Assembly (NCBI GenBank): GCA_021789915.1
Contig: JAJYIV010000002.1
Coordinates: 613 to 64,612 of the forward strand
Direction: 5' to 3'
DNA from: a bacterium
GTDB lineage: Bacteria; Patescibacteriota; Patescibacteriia; UBA9934; GWF2-40-263
Length of the DNA: 64,000 nucleotides
Part shown: piece by piece, positions 57,858 through 64,000 of the stretch
How the letters are laid out: every line of letters starts with the position of its first letter
How positions within the stretch are numbered: the first letter of the stretch is position 1
Made by a program: the position numbers and the translations under genes
The notes under the pieces: generated by a model
What the model saw: only the letters and a program-made list of their open reading frames with translations
The model's database searches: none
What the model was told of the DNA's origin: nothing

Positions 57858-57943
57858 GGCGTCCCTCGTTTGCCGACAGCCGGCCGTCATGGCGGGCTGA
57901 TCGGAACACCCTAGAGAAAAATCCGGCCGCCGTCAATCGGCGT

Positions 57944-58354
57944 TCACGCGAGCGCGGCGCGGATCTTCGCGGCGACGTCGGATAAATGATGATCCCCTTC
58001 CGGCCCGTGCCACATCTTGTATCCGTCGGCGGCGAAACGCGGCATGAAATGGAAATGCGTGTGGAAGACGAGCTGCCCCGCCGCGCGGCCGTTGTTGGCC
58101 GTGAAGTTGAACGCATCGGCGCCGACGGCCTTCAGAATGGCCGGCGAGAGCGTCTGCGCCGCGCGCATCACCGCCGCCACGTCCTCCGGCGGCGTCACGG
58201 CGAAGGAATCGCTGTGGCGTTTCGGGATGATCAGCGTGTGGCCGGGATTGATCGGATGAATGTCGAGAAAGGCCAGCGTGCCGTCATCCTCGTATACGAT
58301 TTCGGCTGGAATTTCCCTGGCGATGATTTTGCAGAAGAGACAATCAGAGGGCAT
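57944..58354 (-). CDS. HIT family hydrolase
   Basis: Histidine triad HTHFHFMPR. Confidence 0.8.
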   Translation of the reverse strand: MPSDCLFCKIIAREIPAEIVYEDDGTLAFLDIHPINPGHTLIIPKRHSDSFAVTPPEDVAAVMRAAQTLSPAILKAVGADAFNFTANNGRAAGQLVFHTHFHFMPRFAADGYKMWHGPEGDHHLSDVAAKIRAALA

Positions 58355-58408
58355 AGGTTTCCTATATCGCGTGATCCTTCGACTTCGCTCGCCTTCGGCT
58401 CGCTGCGC

Positions 58409-58624
58409 TCAGGATGACACAGGGACGGGCTCTTCGTGAAGAGCCCCCCACCACGAGGCAAAGACGATCGCGGCGAGCAAAAACCAATGCACGGAAAAAT
58501 AATCCGAGACGAAGCCGGCGCGGATCGCGTCGCAGGCCCAGAAGACCGCGTATGAAACGATCGACGCGTAAAACCCGGTGCGGGCGACGGCTTGCTGGGC
58601 AGGGCTATCAAGGTGCAAGGTCAT
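58409..58624 (-). CDS. Small membrane protein (71 aa)
   Basis: Two TM helices; its start overlaps the upstream stop (ATGA). Confidence 0.4.
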   Translation of the reverse strand: MTLHLDSPAQQAVARTGFYASIVSYAVFWACDAIRAGFVSDYFSVHWFLLAAIVFASWWGALHEEPVPVSS

Positions 58625-59460
58625 ACGTGCAGGAGCGTTTTCAGCGTGTCGGCAAGATTCGGCCGCGTCATCGTCACGTCCATGCGGTGGATGACGAAGG
58701 AAATTGGGGGCAGGGGGGGATTCGCCACGCCGGGCACCGACAGGACGATCTTCCATGCGCCGTTCTGCCGCAGGGCCGTCTTCGGGTTCACGGTGAACGT
58801 CGCAACCGTCCAGCCGTCCACCGTCCGCGGCGTCGCGTAGCGCGCGATCACGAAATCGATTCCCGCCGCGTCCAGATCCAAGCTCGGCAGCAGGCGCGAC
58901 GCGCCGGCGGGCAGCAAGCCGTCGTAGCGGTACTGCGCCATGCGGCTCCCCGCCGGCGGATGCGCGAGGAAATCCGCGATCGACGCGTACGTCGGCGTGC
59001 GCTGCAGCAGCACGAGGCCGTCCGCATCCAGCCGATGCCACGGCGAATCGTCGATCAGGGTGTTTTCCAGCGGTTGCAAATCATACTGCTCGTCCGGTCC
59101 TGGCTTCGTCAATGCGCCCGCCTCGACGATCGGCACGCCGGCATCCTTGAACCACACGTTGACCGTGACCGCGTCGAAGCGGCGCAGCGGATGCACGAAC
59201 GTGTATACCGGATCGCCGACGACGGCCTGCGCCGCAAGATTTCCCCCCTGCCAAGGGGGGAACGCCCGGCCCGGCTGGGCAAGGGGGGTCGGTGCCTGAA
59301 CGCGCTGGTCCGGCCGCAGCGGATCGACGAAGGCGCTGCGTTCTCCCGGCTCCCAGGAGACGCGGAACGTTCCCGTCGGCACGAGGAATTGCCAGCCCAA
59401 CCAGCCGAAGATCGCGATCGGCACGGCGATGATCAGGATTTGGAACGGACGTGGGGACAT
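58621..59460 (-). CDS. Hypothetical membrane-anchored protein with an in-frame family-P repeat
   Basis: N-terminal TM helix; the repeat at 59243..59293 is translated as RAFPPWQGGNLAAQ. Confidence 0.5.
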   Translation of the reverse strand: MSPRPFQILIIAVPIAIFGWLGWQFLVPTGTFRVSWEPGERSAFVDPLRPDQRVQAPTPLAQPGRAFPPWQGGNLAAQAVVGDPVYTFVHPLRRFDAVTVNVWFKDAGVPIVEAGALTKPGPDEQYDLQPLENTLIDDSPWHRLDADGLVLLQRTPTYASIADFLAHPPAGSRMAQYRYDGLLPAGASRLLPSLDLDAAGIDFVIARYATPRTVDGWTVATFTVNPKTALRQNGAWKIVLSVPGVANPPLPPISFVIHRMDVTMTRPNLADTLKTLLHV

Positions 59461-59467
59461 GGGAAGC

Positions 59468-59530
59468 GTTTAGCCATTAGCCGTTAGCCTTTAGCATGTG
59501 TCTCTCGCCTGACGGCTGACGGCTAATGGC
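59468..59530. repeat. Inverted heptamer arrays (TTAGCCA/TTAGCCG/TTAGCCT ... CTGACGG x2, CTAATGG)
   Basis: seen directly. Confidence 0.6.
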
Positions 59531-61409
59531 TTGCAATGACATACAGCGTCTCGATCCCGAACGTCTGCACCGGCACGAACGTAAGGCCGTCGGCCTTCAG
59601 TTTGTCCGTGTTGAGATAGTTCAGATCTTGCGCCGGCAGCGTGATGCCGAAGTAGTACGTCGGCGCGTGCGCGACGAGCGCGGGCAGCAGCGCATAGGTC
59701 CGCGGATCGCGCAGCGGATAGCGCACGGCGCGATCCGGAAAGAAGATTTTGTCGTCGCGGTCAACGACGATGACGGCGTCCGCCGGCGTCAGGCGCATCA
59801 CGGCGTCATGCACGGCGCGCTCTTGCGCCAACACCTGCGCCTCAGCGAACAAGCCGTCCTCCGGGGTCAGGAACGCCGTGCGGAACCCGAGCGCCGCCCA
59901 GGCGACCCAGCCGACGACGAGCACGACGGAGCCGAGGCGCTTCGCACGCGCGGCAAGCTCGTCGAGCGCCACGGCCGCGAGCGGCACCCAGGCGACGAAG
60001 ATCGGCAGCCAGTACCGCACGTGCGAATTGCCGACGGTGATCTGCGTCGGATCCGGATTGTCCGTGAACGTCCAGCTGCCGTACATCAGCACGAGCCAGA
60101 CCGTCACGACGAGGGCGACGAGGAGATAGGGCCAAAAGCAGCTGGCAGCTGGCAGCTGGCAGCTGGGGGAAGAACCGCGACGGCGCTTCGACAAGACGCG
60201 GACGGCCAACAAGATGATGCCGAGCGCCGCCAGGACGAACTCCCACCAGAACATCCTCAAGCCATAGGCGACGAACTGCCGCCAGGCCAGGCGCGGATGG
60301 ATGCCGAAGGGAAAGACGAAGGAGAGCGCTCGCTCCATGGCGCGCCGCCACGCGGGCATGGAGGCTCCGGGGGCGAGCGCTGCCGCAGACGTGGATGATT
60401 CCCCCCCTGCCAAGCCTGTCCTGAGCGAAGTCGAAGGAGGGGGGCTGCCGGCTGACTCCATGACGGCCGGCGGGGGGGTATGCGCCACGGCTATGGCCGG
60501 CACGGAGACGAGATCGCCGCCGGACGCGTCCGCCGCCGCCTGGTAGCCCGTCGTCCACGGCGAACCGTACAGACGCTGGTTCAAAAACGGCATGGGCGAG
60601 AGGACGACGAGGAACCCAAGCACGCCGGCGGCGACGAAGCGGCGATCCAGCTGCCGCCATTGCCAGGCGAAGGCGGCCGCCGCGGGAACGACCAACCACA
60701 CGGCTTCCGACGCGCGGATGAAGAGCGCGAGCCCCAGCAGCGCGCCCGCGGCGAAACCGTCGAGCGCATGGTGCCAGCGCCCCGCGGATGCACGGGAAGC
60801 GCCCGCGAGGATTGCCCCCCTGCCAAGGGGGGCTGCCTGCTGGCCGTCATGCGGCAGGCGGGGGGTATGCGAGGTGGACGTGGTGGAAGCGTTTTGAAAC
60901 GGCCGCGCGAGGAAAAACCAGAAGGCGAAGCCCACGCATGCGAGGAACGGCACATTGGGCATGAGCGAGCGGGCCGTGTAGAACCACCACGCCGGCTGCA
61001 GCGCGAGCAGCGCGCCCGCGATCCATCCCGCGCGCCGGCCGAACAGGCGCCCGAAGACGGCCGCCCACGCGAGCACGCCGAGCGCGGAGAGCAGGATCGG
61101 CACGTACGGGATCGCCCGGGCGCCGAACGCCTTCGCCGCGACGCCGAGCGCGAGCGGCAAGCCGAGGAAGCTCGCGGGAACGAGCGCGCCGCGCGTCGCA
61201 AGCACGCTGCGCGGATGCAGCGCGTCGCCGAGCGCGGCGGCGAGCGGCTCGGGCGCGGACAGCGTCGACGTCGCCGCGTACGCCCCGGCGAAGAACGACA
61301 CGGCCGTTTCGTCCGGCGACACGAAGATGGCTCCCGACGCGCGCAGCGCGAGGGAACCGAGGACGAGCAGCAGGCAGGAAGAGGCGAGCAGCCAGCGGAC
61401 GGGGTTCAT
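59523..61409 (-). CDS. Polytopic membrane glycosyltransferase, GT39/GT83-like (ArnT/PMT family), with two in-frame family-P repeat insertions
   Basis: 628 aa, more than 10 TM helices; repeat-derived peptides HDGQQAAPLGRGAILAG and SPPPSTSLRTGLAGGES. Confidence 0.5.
   Translation of the reverse strand: MNPVRWLLASSCLLLVLGSLALRASGAIFVSPDETAVSFFAGAYAATSTLSAPEPLAAALGDALHPRSVLATRGALVPASFLGLPLALGVAAKAFGARAIPYVPILLSALGVLAWAAVFGRLFGRRAGWIAGALLALQPAWWFYTARSLMPNVPFLACVGFAFWFFLARPFQNASTTSTSHTPRLPHDGQQAAPLGRGAILAGASRASAGRWHHALDGFAAGALLGLALFIRASEAVWLVVPAAAAFAWQWRQLDRRFVAAGVLGFLVVLSPMPFLNQRLYGSPWTTGYQAAADASGGDLVSVPAIAVAHTPPPAVMESAGSPPPSTSLRTGLAGGESSTSAAALAPGASMPAWRRAMERALSFVFPFGIHPRLAWRQFVAYGLRMFWWEFVLAALGIILLAVRVLSKRRRGSSPSCQLPAASCFWPYLLVALVVTVWLVLMYGSWTFTDNPDPTQITVGNSHVRYWLPIFVAWVPLAAVALDELAARAKRLGSVVLVVGWVAWAALGFRTAFLTPEDGLFAEAQVLAQERAVHDAVMRLTPADAVIVVDRDDKIFFPDRAVRYPLRDPRTYALLPALVAHAPTYYFGITLPAQDLNYLNTDKLKADGLTFVPVQTFGIETLYVIASH
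60400..60490. repeat. Family-P repeat plus GCCTGTCCTGAGCGAAGTCGAAGGAGGGG module, in-frame in the GT39-like gene
   Basis: seen directly. Confidence 0.7.
60812..60872. repeat. Family-P repeat (forward orientation), in-frame in the GT39-like gene
   Basis: GCCCCCCTGCCAAGGGGGGCTGCCTGCTGGCCGTCATGCGGCAGGCGGGGGGTATGCGAGG. Confidence 0.75.
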
Positions 61410-61430
61410 ACCATCACTCCACCACTTTTC

Positions 61431-62012
61431 TCACAACCCATACGTGAACAAGCTGATCACGGCCAGCATGAGGGCGATCACGAGGATGGCGACGGACCAG
61501 GCGAACAGCATGGCGTTGCCCGCCCACACGGACACCAGCAGCAAACTGACGCCGAGCGCCTGCGCGAACATCTTGGCCTTGCCGAAGACGTTCGCGCGCA
61601 TGTGGCGGCCGTGCCGTTTGCCCCAATAGCCGCCCAGCGCGATCAGCACGTCCACGCCGAGGATGGACAGCGCGAAGCGCATGCCGACATAACGGGCCAC
61701 GATGAGCAGGATGACGGAGCCGATGAGAAGCTTGTCGGCGACGGGATCGTAAAACGACCCCCAGTCCGTGATCTGGCGGCGGACGCGCGCGAGGGAACCG
61801 TCCAGCGCATCCGTCAATGCCGCAAAGACGAAGAGCGGCACGCCCCAAGCCCATCGTCCGGCGACAAGCAGCGCCAGGACGATCGGCGTCAGCGCGAAAC
61901 GCAGCCCCGTGACCATGTTCGGCGTCACCGAGTCCGGAATGAACGGCAAGATCGTGCGCGCCAGCACCCGGTCGTGCGGATACAGGGCGCGCGGGTCTCG
62001 TTGCAATGGCAT
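61431..62012 (-). CDS. CDP-alcohol phosphatidyltransferase (PgsA-like)
   Basis: DALDGSLAR...G...DPVADK CDP-OH phosphatidyltransferase motif; the rest of the listed ORF is an upstream over-extension. Confidence 0.75.
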   Translation of the reverse strand: MPLQRDPRALYPHDRVLARTILPFIPDSVTPNMVTGLRFALTPIVLALLVAGRWAWGVPLFVFAALTDALDGSLARVRRQITDWGSFYDPVADKLLIGSVILLIVARYVGMRFALSILGVDVLIALGGYWGKRHGRHMRANVFGKAKMFAQALGVSLLLVSVWAGNAMLFAWSVAILVIALMLAVISLFTYGL

Positions 62013-62106
62013 ACGACGGACGTGATACACTCTTTGCGCTATGCCTCGCGGACGGTTTGTCGTTAAATCTACCACCATTTGGACGATTTTTCCATTCGTT
62101 TTTGCC

Positions 62107-64000
62107 GTGAACGCGCTTTGGGTGAAAAACGCGGCCCTGGGCCTCGTACTGCTTGCGGCGTTTTTGGCGCTGCTCGGCTCGGCCGTCGGGCGCGCGGCGG
62201 CGCCCGAGGAGGGACGCGCGGTGCGCTGGTGGCTGGGCGTCTGGCAGCTGCTGTCCGCCCTCATCATTGTCGCCGCAGCGATGTATTATGCCATGCCGTT
62301 TTCGCCGGCGGCGGCCGATGTGCTCGTCATCCTCGCCCTCGCCGCTGCCTGGACGATCCGCGGGCGCGCGAAGACGCCGCCGCCTCGCCGGGCGGACGCT
62401 CCGGCGCAGCGCGGATGGCCTTTGGCCGCCGGGCTCGCCGCGCTCGCGGGTTTCGCCTCCACGCTGTTCCTGCTGCGCGCCTCCGCGACCGTCCGCGCGG
62501 TCGCGTCGCCGTGGGACGTCGTGTCCCCGTGGACATTCGTCGCGTTCGGCGCGGGTGTCTTGGCGCTGTCCGCTCTCTGGTTCCAGGGCCGCGGACGCGC
62601 GTCCGTTCCTCCGCCGGGATCGCCCCCCTGCCAAGGGGGGCTGCCTGCTGGCCTTGCCCCCCTGCCAAGGCCTGTCCTGAGCGAAGTCGAAGGAGGGGCT
62701 GCCCGCTGTCCGCACGGCGCCGGGCGGGGGGTTCCGTCGGCAGGCGTGGGGTTCATCGTCCCGCTCACGATTCTGGCGCTGTTCGTCTTTCTCAGCGTGA
62801 ACCTCGCCGTCTTCCCGCTGGGCGCCGGCTTCGACGCCTTCATCCATCGCGCGACGGAAGCGCACATCGCCGCGACCGGCAGCATCACGCCCAAGCCGCT
62901 TTACTACGCCGGCCAGTACGCGCTCGTCGTCCTCCTGCACCACGCCTTCGCGCTGCCCGTGGACGCCGTCGATCTCTGGCTGCTGCCGCTGCTCGCCGCG
63001 TTCCTGCTCCCGTCGGCGTGGACGGATGCGGCCGACCGTCTTCTTCCCGAGCGCCGCTGGGCGCCGTTCACGCTCGCGCTCCTGTTCCTGCTGCCGCTCG
63101 GCGCGTTCGCCACGACGACGCCGCAAGGTCTGGCGGATCTTTGGATTCTGCTGCTCGTGCTGGCAAGCGTGCCGCTGCTGGCGGCGTCTCCGCTTGACGG
63201 CCCGGCGCGGCGGCGGCGCCTGTGGCTGCTCGCGCTCTCCGCGCTGGCGACCGCGGCCATTCATCCGCTCGCCGGACTGCCCGCGCTTGCCTTCGTCGCG
63301 TATCTTGCCGCCGCGCGCACGCGATGGTTGCGCCGCGCGATCATCGCCGTCGGCGCGCTGCTGCTGCCCGTCAGCTTCCTCGTGGAGAACCGCGGCCTGG
63401 GCGGACGCGGGCTGGATCTTGCCGGGCTCTGGACGAAGCTCGCCGCGCTGTTCCCCGCCCCGCCCGCGCTGGGCGCGCCGTACCATCCGGCGCTGGATTT
63501 CGCCGCGGCGCTCGGCTGGGCGGCGGGATGGATCGTCCTGCTGCTGGCCATCCTCGGCTGGCGGCGCGCGCCGAACCGCCTGCGCTGGGCGGCGGCGGCG
63601 ATGGCGGGCCTGTTGCTGGCGGATTACGTGTTACTCGGCACCATCGTGGATTTTTCGTACCTGATCGACTATGAACGCGCGAGCTATGCCGCGCGCCTGC
63701 TGCCGCTCGCGCTGTTCTTTCTCGCGCCGCTCGCCATGGTCGGGTTGGGACGGATCCGGCAGCGGCTGGATGGATTCCCCCGCGCACGGGAGTCTGCCTC
63801 GTCCTCCCCTTTCCAAGGGGAGGCTGCCTGCTGGCCGCTTTCTGGCAGGCGGAGGGGTTGCCGGCGCAGCGAACAGGAAGGAAGGAAAGCGCCGCGCGCG
63901 GTGCGCTGGTTCGCCGTCGCGCTCGCCGCGGGAGCCGTGCTCGGCGCGTGGTATGCCGCCTATCCGCGCGACGACGCCTATCTCAAAGGCCACGGCTACA
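62107..64000 (+). CDS. Polytopic membrane protein (3' end beyond the window), GTG start, with two in-frame family-P repeats
   Basis: Hydrophobic frame runs from 62107 to the window end; absent from the ORF track because no stop is reached; repeats at 62622..62740 and 63803..63868 are translated as PPCQGGLPAG...SEVEGG and SPFQGEAACWP. Confidence 0.5.
   Translation, partial: MNALWVKNAALGLVLLAAFLALLGSAVGRAAAPEEGRAVRWWLGVWQLLSALIIVAAAMYYAMPFSPAAADVLVILALAAAWTIRGRAKTPPPRRADAPAQRGWPLAAGLAALAGFASTLFLLRASATVRAVASPWDVVSPWTFVAFGAGVLALSALWFQGRGRASVPPPGSPPCQGGLPAGLAPLPRPVLSEVEGGAARCPHGAGRGVPSAGVGFIVPLTILALFVFLSVNLAVFPLGAGFDAFIHRATEAHIAATGSITPKPLYYAGQYALVVLLHHAFALPVDAVDLWLLPLLAAFLLPSAWTDAADRLLPERRWAPFTLALLFLLPLGAFATTTPQGLADLWILLLVLASVPLLAASPLDGPARRRRLWLLALSALATAAIHPLAGLPALAFVAYLAAARTRWLRRAIIAVGALLLPVSFLVENRGLGGRGLDLAGLWTKLAALFPAPPALGAPYHPALDFAAALGWAAGWIVLLLAILGWRRAPNRLRWAAAAMAGLLLADYVLLGTIVDFSYLIDYERASYAARLLPLALFFLAPLAMVGLGRIRQRLDGFPRARESASSSPFQGEAACWPLSGRRRGCRRSEQEGRKAPRAVRWFAVALAAGAVLGAWYAAYPRDDAYLKGHGY
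62622..62740. repeat. Two tandem family-P cores plus the GCCTGTCCTGAGCGAAGTCGAAGGAGGGG module
   Basis: seen directly. Confidence 0.7.
63803..63868. repeat. Family-P repeat, near-identical to the rlmI copy at 15583
   Basis: 64 of about 66 nt identical. Confidence 0.8.

Noticed and set aside
14772-59530. Heptamer repeat arrays as CRISPR arrays
   Set aside because: Units are 7 nt with no spacers of unique sequence and arrays are under 80 nt. No cas genes are present.

Overview
High-GC (about 65-70%) bacterial chromosomal window, gene-dense with many co-directional operons. The organism is not identified; the gene content (anaerobic NrdDG, a reduced dcw cluster, PEGA-domain and four-helix-bundle proteins) fits an anaerobic, small-genome lineage. 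Recognisable core genes: nrdD/nrdG (anaerobic ribonucleotide reductase), ftsE/ftsX, murG-ftsW-mraY (dcw cluster without murD), rpmA, rlmI, pyrG, rplI, rpmB, hflX, hup, ctp, zwf plus a gnd-like gene, an ECF sigma factor with a putative anti-sigma partner, a YknXYZ/MacAB-like ABC exporter operon, and a glycan locus (rmlD, RmlC-like cupins, rfbF, rfbG, several GT2 enzymes, a GT39/ArnT-like membrane transferase, pgsA-like). RNA genes: tRNA-Gln(TTG), tRNA-Gly(CCC), tRNA-Lys(TTT), and a tRNA-like element with its own promoter and terminator. Four things stand out. (1) A GC-rich palindromic repeat family (core CCCCCCTGCCAAGGGGGG-CTGCCTGCTGGCC-...-GGCAGGCGGGGGG) occurs in about 14 whole or partial copies, many of them in-frame inside long ORFs (rlmI, glycosyltransferases, membrane proteins), which resembles Rickettsia RPEs. 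(2) Heptamer-based inverted repeat arrays (GCCRTTA/GCCGTCA) sit between co-directional genes, and one array pair brackets an inserted four-helix-bundle (TIGR02436-like) gene between murG and ftsW. (3) Two copies of a 100-170 nt structured element with 10-bp terminal inverted repeats (GAGACCYCTG...CAGAGGTCTC) show compensatory stem changes. (4) A roughly 2.3 kb insertion is bracketed by an 81-bp direct repeat and a diverged 3' fragment of the target gene. Many long ORFs on the antisense strand of real genes are GC-driven artefacts and are not called. Coordinates are hand-counted and may be off by 1-2 nt.
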